A stretch of 64,000 bases of DNA from an uncultured delta proteobacterium (GTDB lineage Bacteria; Desulfobacterota; Binatia; UBA9968), in contig CAVXEP010000025.1 in the NCBI GenBank assembly GCA_963760795.1, positions 32,001 to 96,000 on the forward strand. The letters are read 5' to 3'. A program made the position numbers and the translations under genes. Under the pieces are notes generated by a model, which saw only the letters and a list, made by a program, of their open reading frames with translations, made no database searches and was not told the DNA's origin. Positions 1 to 10,167 of the stretch are shown here, in pieces (position 1 is the stretch's first letter; every line of letters starts with the position of its first letter).

Positions 1-1523
1 GTCCAGAGACTCTTTATCCGAAATGCGGGAAGACGTTCCTCAAACTTGGCGTCGACAGTAACTGGTTCCGCTTCACGAATAATTCGCCAGACGCGCTCAT
101 AGAGCTCTGGACTGATCAAGACTGCTCCGGCCTTAGCTCCCGCACAGAACCTTGCCGCACGAATCACCGCGTCTCCAACAACTGTGAATCCCATAAAGTC
201 CGAGACTCCGAGAAATCCGTTAACAACCTCCCCACAGTGAACGCCGATACCAAAACTGCAGCCACTTCTGCCGCTGTTGGTACGCGCCACGCTCAATTCA
301 TCGATCCTCTTTTGCATATCCAAGGCCGCGAAAACGGCCTTTTCATAATGCATCGGATCGGGCTCCGGGCTGCCGAATACAGCCAATACAGTATCTCCAA
401 CATACTGAATAACTGTACCGTCATGGGAAAATACCACCTGCGTTAAAGCGGCGAAATAGGAGTTGAGCAGCTCGACGACATCTTCGGGCTCCATAGATTT
501 GCTCAGCTTGCTGAAACCGCGAATATCCGCGAAAAGGATCGTTACGTCCCCTCGTTCACCACCGGATGGAAACTGACCCCGATTCTTTAGCAATCTTTCC
601 GCGATTTTCGGGGGGAATTGACGAAGTAGATTTGCTTTAGCCGTAGACTCCCGGCGCAATTCCTCTTGCAGCGTGTGATTCGCGACAGCCAACGCGGCAT
701 GCTGAGCGATGGCCACGACTAATTTCAGATCGTCCTTGCCGAAAACATTCCCGCTCAGGTAATTGTCTACGCATATCACCCCAAGCGCGTGCCCTCGCCA
801 CAAGAGTGGCGCATAGATAGCACAATCTACCGACACCAACGCCTGAGTCGAGTTCGGATCGCTATGACTGGGCTGCCAGAGGAAGGCAACTTGATCTGTC
901 AACGCACGTTGCGCCAAGGTCATACTGACGGCCGGTTTGCCTGGAGGCACATGAGCCTTCAGCCGTAATGAGTCTGACAGCGGATCCTTTAGAACGATCG
1001 CGGCACGGGAACCTCCATGAATGGCTTCCACGAGCCTCCGAACGACCATTGTCAAAAGTGCATCAACGTGAACTTCGCTACCAAAGCTGAGAGGCAAATC
1101 ATATAAGATGGCTAGGTGGTGCTCGTGACTAAGCCGGCTGTTTTCCCCAAACGCGTATACAGGGCGTGTCGCGTTGAGGGTCAAGGTAATATTGGAGCTA
1201 TCATTCTCTGTCGACAATTCGGACTCTGCCGACAGTTGTATAATGGTGTCACCGATCGTGATCCGGTCAGCGGCTTCCACGACTTTCTGTGAGCCTGGCG
1301 CGAGCGCGACGCCATTTAGTAATGTCCCATTTCTACTGCCAAGATCTTCGATCCAACAACGCCCGTCATTTCTCCAAATCCGTGCGTGACGGTGCGATAC
1401 CAATCGGTCAAATCGCAAATCGAGATCGACGTCAACGCCTCCCTCGTGGCGTCCGACAATGATGTCGTCACCAACGTCCATCTCTTCACTCAATATGCCT
1501 TTGTATGAAAATCCGACGCGCAT
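1..1523 (-). CDS. FHA-GAF-class III nucleotidyl cyclase (3' end runs off the window)
   Basis: Hand translation from the ATG at 1523 gives FHA motifs (VGRH...VSHRHARI...DLGSRNGTLLNG), a GAF-like middle and cyclase motifs (VTILFADIRGFS, QYVGDTVLAVFG, FGIGVHCGEVV, FTVVGDAVIRAAR). Absent from the ORF track because there is no stop inside the window. Confidence 0.9.
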   Translation of the reverse strand, partial: MRVGFSYKGILSEEMDVGDDIIVGRHEGGVDVDLDLRFDRLVSHRHARIWRNDGRCWIEDLGSRNGTLLNGVALAPGSQKVVEAADRITIGDTIIQLSAESELSTENDSSNITLTLNATRPVYAFGENSRLSHEHHLAILYDLPLSFGSEVHVDALLTMVVRRLVEAIHGGSRAAIVLKDPLSDSLRLKAHVPPGKPAVSMTLAQRALTDQVAFLWQPSHSDPNSTQALVSVDCAIYAPLLWRGHALGVICVDNYLSGNVFGKDDLKLVVAIAQHAALAVANHTLQEELRRESTAKANLLRQFPPKIAERLLKNRGQFPSGGERGDVTILFADIRGFSKLSKSMEPEDVVELLNSYFAALTQVVFSHDGTVIQYVGDTVLAVFGSPEPDPMHYEKAVFAALDMQKRIDELSVARTNSGRSGCSFGIGVHCGEVVNGFLGVSDFMGFTVVGDAVIRAARFCAGAKAGAVLISPELYERVWRIIREAEPVTVDAKFEERLPAFRIKSLW

Positions 1524-1861
1524 GGCAGAATCTTAGGACACCACGAAAACCCCTCGAACGCTAATATCGATCCACGTTTCCCTTGCAGAGCATTGCCGAG
1601 ATCAATGAAAACGTGATTCCAATTAGCCTAAGACGAAAGAATTGTCTATCGCAGCCATAGCTATCCCAAGGACCGTTGGAGACCTAGTTCCAATATGGTT
1701 TGTATACAACGGTCTAGTAGCGATACCCTCCGTTCCAAAGCGGCGGGAGGGGCAAGTCTTCTTCCGGCAACGTCCCCCGCCATCCATGGCAATTTTACTC
1801 TCAGTTATCCTGTGGTCCGAATTACTGGGAAGCGAGGCTCACTCTTACCTCCTTAGAATCT

Positions 1862-1906
1862 CTCACTTTCTATTCCGTTTTGTCTCATAAGTAAAAACAC
1901 TGGTCA
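1862..1906 (-). mobile_element. Orphan IS3-family left end
   Basis: Reverse complement TGACCAGTGTTTTTACTTATGAGACAAAACGGAATAGAAAGTGAG matches the IS end at 11161-11205 at 38/45 positions. No transposase follows it. Confidence 0.7.
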
Positions 1907-2235
1907 AAAGCTCTCGCATGGCCTTGGTCGTAGATTGACTGCCATCGACTGGAGAGAAAAATGAAGAAAGCGAGGGGGGATGTGATCAGCTCACCCCTCA
2001 GGTAGGGTGGTGTGGCACAAAGAAGTCAATCGGAGGGAAAGCAACCACACAGGTTTGAAACCGGTATCAAGCAGCAAATCATTCAGAAAGTGGCATTCGA
2101 CCCGTTATCGGTCTGCATCGCCAGTCGCAACACCCTGATCTCGGACCGCTTGTTGATTGTTGGTGTATCCCGTTCCAAGAGCTTCGGGCGTACTTTTCCT
2201 TGCCCATAAGTCAGAGCTTGTGGCCTATAGACGGT

Positions 2236-2868
2236 CTACGGTGGAGCTGACAATCGCTTATCGTTGTCGACACAGTCCTTTATATGAGCTGCCCACCTCT
2301 TCTGCTGATCGGCATTACGACCGTGATTCGTTTCGTCATCATATTTTTTCGTTAGCTCACTGGCCAGCTGCTGATAGCGCTCGGTAATTCTCGTGACCGC
2401 ACGTTGCAATTCATCGGTCGTTGGCGCTCGCAGAGCTAACATTTCCCGTACCATATCCCGTCCGGACAGACCCGTAATATCAAAATGGACCTGTTCATGG
2501 GCCAGTAAAGCATCACTTTTTGTCCCCGTCACCACCCAAGTATCGTCAGGGACGACGTCAAGCTTAGCCGGATAATTGGGTAACCTGAATTGACCGTTCT
2601 CCCTGGTTACACTCAGTCTGCTGGGCGACGAAACCTCAGAATGAATTTGGGCATCTTCTAAAACACCATCAGGCCGTTTCGAGATTTCGCGAAATTCACT
2701 CCACGCGATTGCCCGCGGCCATCCGGAAATGACACCGCCCCCCGGAGCGCTCTGGCTCGTATTGGTGCCGGTTGGACGCGGCGGCGCTGATCCGCCGCGA
2801 GTCTGGTTACCCCCGCGAGCCTCCACAGCATCGCTACATGTCGGTCCTGGAACTCTACAGCCGCCCAT
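2236..2868 (-). CDS. DUF922-like putative Zn metallopeptidase
   Basis: HExxH motif LLAHEQVHFDIT and C-terminal YDDETNHG...QQKRW, typical of DUF922. Low-complexity Gly/Pro N-terminus; start uncertain. Confidence 0.7.
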   Translation of the reverse strand: MGGCRVPGPTCSDAVEARGGNQTRGGSAPPRPTGTNTSQSAPGGGVISGWPRAIAWSEFREISKRPDGVLEDAQIHSEVSSPSRLSVTRENGQFRLPNYPAKLDVVPDDTWVVTGTKSDALLAHEQVHFDITGLSGRDMVREMLALRAPTTDELQRAVTRITERYQQLASELTKKYDDETNHGRNADQQKRWAAHIKDCVDNDKRLSAPP

Positions 2869-3073
2869 AATAACTAATCGTTTTCAGCGTTCGTTGGCCG
2901 GTATGAATTCGCCGTAAAAGCGCGTGACGTGGTCGGTACAGAATACTCTTTAATTCACATAAACGAGATCGTTGGAAGGAAGCGGTCAATACCCTGATCC
3001 CTGTTCTTGTACGCTGGCTTTGAAGCGATCATCACAGATGTCTCGCCGGGATCGCACCCGATTAAGAATAAAT

Positions 3074-3847
3074 CTATTCGCGGAGTTTTTCCTCGATCTG
3101 CAATTTGAGGCGATCTTCCATTTTTGCGACCTCGTCAAAATCAATAAGTTCGACAAACGCCGGGACTCCCGACAACCGAGTCGCCCCCAGAAGAATTTCA
3201 TCCCGGGGCCGAAAAGACGGTAAAACTGAAGTGATCGTGACCAGGGGAAGGTCGCCTAATCCTGCACATGTATCTATCTTAATGTCGTAACGCAGATCGT
3301 TTAGTAACCGGGTGATCCCGGGAAATTTCGCGATGACATACTGCATGACCAGCGCATTGACCAAGAATTGCCGCACCTCCTCTGGCCGGCGCTCAACCTT
3401 TCCCGCTATCGCTTGTCGGAGTTGGGAAAGCGTATACCCCGAAGTGTAGCTGAGAGCCCAGCGCAAGGGTGACGTCATTGTCATCGTCTTGGATTCTTTT
3501 TCATTTTTCGCTTCGTGAGTATATTCCCAGGGGTAAAGCTCAAAGCGGCTTTCCATCATCGCCACTACCGCTTCATCCAGCTCTGGAACCAGCGCAAACG
3601 GCTTACCGCAAATCTCTTTGTACTTATCTCGTACCCGTCTAAAAGCAGCGTCCGCACCGATTACGTCTTCCTTCACTGAGGAACGGACATAGTCACCTAG
3701 CAGCCGGCGTGGTGCCAATAGCGGTCGGAGCGTTTCTAGATGGCCCCGCAGCTGGCTTAGCAATAGGCCAGAAACCGTCTCGGTTTTTGCCCGTAGCTCT
3801 GCTAACTGTTCAATTCTTAACGTATCTCGAAAATTGCCATCCGCCAT
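3074..3847 (-). CDS. Hypothetical protein (257 aa), divergent from the sheath-fusion gene
   Basis: Long ORF with natural globular composition; no recognisable motif. Confidence 0.75.
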   Translation of the reverse strand: MADGNFRDTLRIEQLAELRAKTETVSGLLLSQLRGHLETLRPLLAPRRLLGDYVRSSVKEDVIGADAAFRRVRDKYKEICGKPFALVPELDEAVVAMMESRFELYPWEYTHEAKNEKESKTMTMTSPLRWALSYTSGYTLSQLRQAIAGKVERRPEEVRQFLVNALVMQYVIAKFPGITRLLNDLRYDIKIDTCAGLGDLPLVTITSVLPSFRPRDEILLGATRLSGVPAFVELIDFDEVAKMEDRLKLQIEEKLRE

Positions 3848-4207
3848 AGCAGGTTGGCTTCTACCACAATTGCTAGTCCAAGGGAAGCGCTACCAGAGGG
3901 GCACCAGCCGCGAAAGATTGACCCCCAAAAAGCCCCAGTGAGGGAATCACTACGGTGCGTGACCAGGACAACCGGGTCATATGGAGACCCTACACACAGT
4001 CCAGTTGACATTAAAGATTCTGATCGGATACGCTCCCAGCAATCGGCCCCCCCAAAAGGTCTAGATTAATCTTTTGGCCAGTATCTGTTGTGAATCGCGC
4101 AATGGTTGGCTCCGCATCAAACAAGAAGGTGAGCGAGAAATGCATCTAACTTCGCAGACCCCAAGAGTCTAGCACGTTACTCGTTCCGGCCCATAGGAAG
4201 TCTCACG

Positions 4208-5738
4208 ATGGCCACACGATCTTTTGCTGGCAACGTCAAGGTCAATTTAGTTTCTGAGTCCGAAGACGATCGTCCCTTGGCGGACCCGGAAGCTCCATTC
4301 CACGTCGCGTTATTGGGCGATTTCAGTGGTCGGGGCAATCGTGGCATTGTTGAAACAAGCAGCGCCCTGACCAGCAGGCACGTTTATCCGATAGACCGGG
4401 ATAATATTTTAGAGGTTATTAGCGCAGCTCAAAGTTGAGGTACGTATACCCATCCTAGGAAAAAATTCGCCGCCGATCAGTTGCCGCATTTCGGACGTAG
4501 ATGATTTTCACCCCGACCGTCTCTTCGAAAATCTCGATGTCTTTCAAGCCTTGAAAGAAACGCGCGAAAGCTTCAATGATCCTGCGACATTCGCGACGAT
4601 CGCAAAACAAACGGTCGCATCCACCAGTACCCCGAGACCCGCCGAGCCCGCTAAGGAGACCAAGACCACCAGCAATCTTCTCGACCAGATTCTCGACGCA
4701 ACAGCAAATCAGTCGCCGACAGCGAAAACCCGGCCACCGTCCGATTTAGACGACTTCGTCAAAGAAATCGTCACTCCCCACCTGGTCGCGAAACCTGATC
4801 CCATGCAGACCGACTTCGTCGCCAAAGTGGATACCGCCATCGGTGAAATCATGCGCCGGATCTTGCATCATCCTGATTTTCAAGCCATTGAGGCTGCTTG
4901 GCGCGGAGTATATTTCCTCGTATCGCAACTGGAGACCAACGAAAATCTCAAATTATTCTTGATCGACATATCCAAAGCGGAGTTGGCAGCCGACCTGCTC
5001 ACGGCGGATGAAATTACCTCCACTGGAGCCTACAAGCTACTGGTAAAACAACCGGCGGAGACGAGCGGTGGTGAGATTTGGGCGGTTTTGGCTGGAAACT
5101 TTATTTTTGACCAGACCCGTGTCGATACAGCACTGCTCAACCGTTTGGCCAAGCTGGCGCGCGCAGCGGGCGCACCATTCATCGCGGCGGCACATTCGCA
5201 CATACTCGGCTGCGATTCTTTAGCTGAGACGCCCGACCCAGACGACTGGAGACTGACAACGGATAACGAGACCCAAGAGGCGTGGGCCGCTCTTAGAAAA
5301 CTTCCTGAAGCCTCATCTCTCGGTCTCGCCCTGCCCAGATTTCTGCTCCGTCTGCCTTACGGTGAACAAACCGATCCGGTCGAGCGGTTCGATTTCGAGG
5401 AAATGGAAGCCACGCCAAGGCACGAAGAATACCTATGGGGCAACCCCTCGTTCGCATGTGTTTACTTGCTCGCCCAGACCTTCAGTCAATATGGTTGGGA
5501 TTTTCACTCCGGCATTGTCCACGAGATTAGCGGCTTGCCGCTCCACGTCTACAAAGTGCAGGGCGAATCACGGATCAAGCCTTGCGCGGAAGTAGTCCTA
5601 ACCCAGCGTGCCGCCGAAGCGATACTGGATCAGGCCGTTATGCCGTTCCTGTCGTTTATTCACCAGGACCTTTTGCGATTGGCGCGCTTTCAATCATTTG
5701 CCGATCCTCCGACGACTCTAAGTGGACGATGGAGATAG
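4208..5738 (+). CDS. TssB-like/TssC-like fused sheath paralogue, interrupted by frameshift(s) at ~4420-4500
   Basis: N-terminal part PFHVALLGDFSGR...IDRDN is TssB-like. Downstream ILHHPDFQAIEAAWRGV, APFIAAA, PRFLLRLPYG and YLWGNP are TssC-like. It ends at LSGRWR without the TssC C-terminal domain. Confidence 0.8.
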
Positions 5739-5904
5739 AATCAGAAGAAACGGCTTTGTTTATTAGAAAATGATAATCAAAACGAAACCGAACAACAGGC
5801 ATTGGTCAATTGGGGTTTGAGACGTGAAAAAAATCATTGAGAACTATTCTGTCAGCCTGACACGATTCGGCCGCAATGGTTTTCTTTTCCGATCAATCTA
5901 TGGG

Positions 5905-6663
5905 ATGCAGTGGGATTTTGTTAAAATCGTATCCGTTGTGGCTCTATGCGGTTCGTTTGCATTTGCTCAGGATCGGCCGGCGCTAACTCTCAATCAGATC
6001 AGCGAATTACTGAAAAACGGTGTCAGTTCGACCCGTATCGCTCGGTTGGTTGAACAATATGGAGTTGGTTTTGGATTAGACGAGGCTGCATTAAGGCGAC
6101 TTAGGGCGGATGGGGCAGATGAAGTTCTTTTGTCCACGGTGAAAAGAATGGCTGTTCGATATACTGAGGAACAGCAGCGCAGAAAGCGATTGGACTCGGA
6201 AAGGAAAAAGCAAGAAGAGGCAAGACAAGCTGTAGAAGTTAAGAAAAGGGCACAGGAACAGACGCAGCTGGGAGAAGTAACAAAGCAAAGACCGCAGAAA
6301 GGCACCGCCGCGACTTTGATGACCCAGGAAGATGTCGGTCGAGTCGCGAGCCTGCGCAACGTGATGAGTACGGAAGGGGGCGAAGTATCCGGAGACGTGG
6401 TTAACAATTCGAAACAGACGCTGCGCGACGTTCAACTGCAAATCCTTTATTCCTGGCGCTGGAACAATGAGTATCAGCCGGGCAAGGACGACCCGGGAAG
6501 GGCCTCTTATTATGTCCTTGACAGGGAAATTCTGCCTGGCCAGACTGTCCGTTTCAACTATAAACCGTCCCCGCCTTTTGCTCCTCGCGCAGATGGTCAA
6601 TTCGATATCAGCGTAAAGGTTGTAGGGTTTGCACAGGTATTTCAGCCAGGCGCTCAAAGATAG
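5905..6663 (+). CDS. Exported protein: shared ~55-aa helical domain, coiled coil and FxLYD-like Ig-fold C-terminus
   Basis: Signal peptide ending AFA-QD; LTLNQISELLKNGVSSTRIARLV...LRADGADE domain; VSGDVVNNSKQTLRDVQL...ILPGQTVRF. Start set at the ATG at 5905 (ORF track starts at 5824). Confidence 0.75.
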   Translation: MQWDFVKIVSVVALCGSFAFAQDRPALTLNQISELLKNGVSSTRIARLVEQYGVGFGLDEAALRRLRADGADEVLLSTVKRMAVRYTEEQQRRKRLDSERKKQEEARQAVEVKKRAQEQTQLGEVTKQRPQKGTAATLMTQEDVGRVASLRNVMSTEGGEVSGDVVNNSKQTLRDVQLQILYSWRWNNEYQPGKDDPGRASYYVLDREILPGQTVRFNYKPSPPFAPRADGQFDISVKVVGFAQVFQPGAQR

Positions 6664-7217
6664 CGTCTCGACGCACCTTTATCGATTCAGGTGACATTAG
6701 TTGATCCGGGCAGATAGTCCCCTCCCAGCTCTCTCGGATTGCCTGCATCGTTGGTTTGATCGTTGTTCTTATTTGGTTGTGATCTATCGCGGCTTTTTGA
6801 AGGTCTTCATGTACGCGCCTTTCAAATAGCGCAATGTTCGGTTAAGTGCCCCCTCTGGGAGTTTTCATCAAACGATGATTGTGATAGCCCACCAAGACGT
6901 AGCTGTGAACGCGAAGAAGAAACACGTCCAAAGCCCGCCCGAGCAACACCAAAACCTACTCCCGGTCCGGATCGTCTTTAAAGATCGCATTCCGCCCGAC
7001 GCGCGTTGCCGCGTGAAGTAACGCGAAATCGCGCTCCGGGCACTCGATTCGTAAGGGAGGTGCCATAAAGCGTGGTATGTGGGAAAAGATAAAAGAGGAA
7101 TTAATAAACCCTTTTGTTTAGGCTCTAATCTTGTGCGCAGAAAACAATGCTTTAGTTGGGGGCGGATTTCGTCGATATTATCTCACCCAGGCGGAGCCGA
7201 ACCTGCTGTCGAACCTC

Positions 7218-7952
7218 TTATCGAGCCAGTTGCGTAGCTATCGAGAAATTGTCGCTTCTCCCTGCCAACCAACTCACACGGCAAGCTAGCGGCAAGTTCC
7301 GCGTATTTCTTTTGGTCAAAATCAAGACTCCCATTGTGCAGCGAGTGTTTGCTCTCGCAGTATCCGTATCCTTCGCTTTGTTATCCACTTGCGCAGAAGC
7401 GGCAACGACGCGACGAGCAAGGATGGCTACCAGGGGTTGCCACATCCAGAAGATCACGGCAGTTATGAGTGAACCGGTGGCTAAGGCGAATCCGGTCGCC
7501 TTCAGCGCCATGGCATCGGATTGACAGGCGTGCATCGTTGTCGTCTAGGCGGCGGTCGCCTCTCGTGTGCTGGAGGAAATCCGTTGCTCGGCCGCGAGAT
7601 CACCCGCTGATGGAAGAGTCGCAAGCATGCTCTGTATAGTGTTCTTTGGCAGCGTCGGGATCGCGCTGACAGCGTCACAGAAACCCCGGAACTCGATGTC
7701 GTTCTTTACCCACGCATCAAGGAGTTGAGATCGCCAATCGTTCAGAAGCTTGGCGTCAAGAAAAAAGAAGCGCCCACACAGCGGAAGAAGCAGTAGCAGG
7801 CCAGACAATGGCAAGAATGTCCAAGTGACTGCCGCCCAGCCAAGCGAACCGAGAGTGAGCACCACAACCGCAACGACGAGGTTTCGAAAATACCGGGCGC
7901 GGTTATCGATCATCTTTGTTGTCTGATCGATCGCAATCCTATAAGCAGACAC
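7218..7952 (-). pseudogene. Membrane protein with in-frame TAG at 7545-7547
   Basis: ORFs 7545-7952 and 7218-7535 are in the same frame (GCC TAG ACG ACA ACG ATG); both carry hydrophobic segments. Confidence 0.6.
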
Positions 7953-8008
7953 AATTCACCTTTATCTAATCAACGAATTTGATCCATGAATTTGATTCAT
8001 ACTGAAAA

Positions 8009-9172
8009 TTAGGCCACGATGCTTTTGGATCGCCGAAGCTTGTGCACGGAAGCGATTACCTTATTAATTGTGTAGTCGATTTCCTCCTCCGTGGTAAAGC
8101 GGCCCAAGCTAAAACGAACGCACGAGTAAGCTTCATCGTCGGTGAGCCCCATCGCCTTGAGCACATGGCTCGGGCCAGAATCGCCACTCGAACACGCCGA
8201 ACGCGTAGACACGGCGATGTCGTGCATATCACGGATCAGCGTTCTGGCCTCGATATCTCTGAAACCTAAATTGGCAGTATTTGGAATTCGATTTTCCCGA
8301 TCGCCGTTGATCCAGATATCGGGCAGGTCCCGCAGAAGCCCCTGTTCGAGCCGATCACGCAAGCGGCCAACCTTCTCGGCCTCCTCTCTCAATTCCTGTT
8401 CGGCGATTCTACCGGCCTCACCAAATCCGACAATACCTGGCACATTGAGGGTGCCGCCTCGCAAGCCGCGCTCTTGCCCACCGCCGACAATCAGCGGCTC
8501 CAGATCGATGCGGGGTTCGCCACCACGAACAAACAAGGCGCCAACGCCTTTGGGTCCGTAGATCTTATGGGCTGAAAATGCCGCGAGGTCGATGCCGTCA
8601 GCGCGTACATCGATTGGCATTTTGCCGACGGCTTGAGTGAGGTCGCACAGCAACAACGCCCCGGCAGCGTGGACGATGTTGCTGATTTCTCGAATTGGGT
8701 AGATCGTGCCGATCTCAGTATTCGCGGCTGTTAGAGCTACCAAGAGAGTCTTCTTGGAAGACACTGCGGTTTTTAGCCGGTCCAAGTCAATGCGTCCCAC
8801 GCGATCAACACGCAGAACCTCAACTTCGATTTCGGCGAGTTGCTGGAGCTGCCTACAAGGAGCGAGCACGGCCTCATGCTCACTCGCGCAAGTTACAATT
8901 TTCTTTCGCTGCCAATTATGCAGGCCGACGAAACCTTTAATGGCAGCATTCAAACTTTCTGTGGCACTACCGGTAAATGTAATCTCGATGGGACTGGCGT
9001 TGATAACTTCAGCGATGAGTTGGCGCGCGTCTTCCACTGCTTCCGACGCATCCCAGCCCCATCGATGATCTCGGCTGGAAGCATTGCCAAATTTATCGGT
9101 TTGCCAGACATTGGCAACCTGCAAGACGCGCGAATCAACCGGGGTAGTCGCGTTATAGTCGAGATAGACCAT
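8009..9172 (-). CDS. Cysteine desulfurase, IscS/NifS family (group I)
   Basis: YLDYNATTP, PLP lysine motif SAHKIYGPKG, GGGQE, catalytic Cys in SACSS, VRFSLGRFTT. Confidence 0.95.
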   Translation of the reverse strand: MVYLDYNATTPVDSRVLQVANVWQTDKFGNASSRDHRWGWDASEAVEDARQLIAEVINASPIEITFTGSATESLNAAIKGFVGLHNWQRKKIVTCASEHEAVLAPCRQLQQLAEIEVEVLRVDRVGRIDLDRLKTAVSSKKTLLVALTAANTEIGTIYPIREISNIVHAAGALLLCDLTQAVGKMPIDVRADGIDLAAFSAHKIYGPKGVGALFVRGGEPRIDLEPLIVGGGQERGLRGGTLNVPGIVGFGEAGRIAEQELREEAEKVGRLRDRLEQGLLRDLPDIWINGDRENRIPNTANLGFRDIEARTLIRDMHDIAVSTRSACSSGDSGPSHVLKAMGLTDDEAYSCVRFSLGRFTTEEEIDYTINKVIASVHKLRRSKSIVA

Positions 9173-9514
9173 CGCAGCTATCAAAGCCTACCCGATCAAA
9201 AGAAATTAGAGTTAAATCTTCACTCACGGAGCAGTAATCCTCTATTTCCAAAAAAGCCTTATAGCGCCTTCTCCCGCAACTGCTTTCACTTCAGGCTCGC
9301 CGTTGAGTAATCTAGTCCTCCCCAGGCTTTGCCGATTTGACTCTATATTTCGATGCTTTCGTTCTCCCTTTTAATGCCGAGTGCAATCCCGTTGCTGCCA
9401 CCCGCCACGGGAACAACATAGGTTTCGATGCCTAAAGACGAAACTGAAGATATTTTCGGATTTTCGGCTAACCATCGCTTTGCGAGGAATGTCCTTTGAC
9501 AGGAGGATCTCACT

Positions 9515-9868
9515 TTAGCAACGATAGTGAACTGGGTTTTTTGCCGCTTCATGGCGAGCAGCGGCTAATAATTCAAGAGCCTCACGTTTAGAGATCAGTG
9601 GAAATTGTTTCTTTGTGGCGAGAAGCGCTTGTCTAAACTCATTCTCGCTAAGCCGCCCTGACTGGCTAAATAATTTTCGCTTTATGTGGTCTTCCAGGTA
9701 CCGGCATGTGAAAAGTCCCCACACCGCGCCGCCTGCTGCACCGAGTAACGTCTGGCCCCCAGCTATGCTGCCGATAGTAGCTCCAATCGCCACTTGCCCA
9801 AACACGCACGCACCGTAAGCTATCGACCGCTTATCCTCCTCAGTAAAAAGCTCGAAGTCCTCTGCCAT
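9515..9868 (-). CDS. Small protein with glycine-zipper-like hydrophobic hairpin
   Basis: AAGGAG RBS; GATIGSIAGGQTLLGAAGGAVWG flanked by two Cys. Confidence 0.65.
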   Translation of the reverse strand: MAEDFELFTEEDKRSIAYGACVFGQVAIGATIGSIAGGQTLLGAAGGAVWGLFTCRYLEDHIKRKLFSQSGRLSENEFRQALLATKKQFPLISKREALELLAAARHEAAKNPVHYRC

Positions 9869-10167
9869 GCTCTACTCCTTTTTGCAGTGAACAATAGCCA
9901 TGTTGAACACACGCCCTCCCCCGTCTTTATAATACTATTTTAAGGTCTGACTGCGTCTTAGCATACCTGCGATATATCCTGTCAACTTTCGGCTCTGGCA
10001 GCACCCCCCGGCACACCTCAGTAAGGTAATCTGAAATCCGCCGTGTGCTATTTTCCGTACCTCCATGTATTCGGCACGAATTGAAGAACGGCTTTGACCG
10101 AAGGAGCATAGAATCAGTAAATCAGAGCAGAAATCAGGGTGGCCCTTCTCTGCCGGTCGTCACGCCT

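Noticed and set aside
8009-9172. Desulfurase as evidence of a Dnd/Ssp defence system
   Set aside because: No PAPS-reductase-like, ATPase or other dnd/ssp genes in the window.
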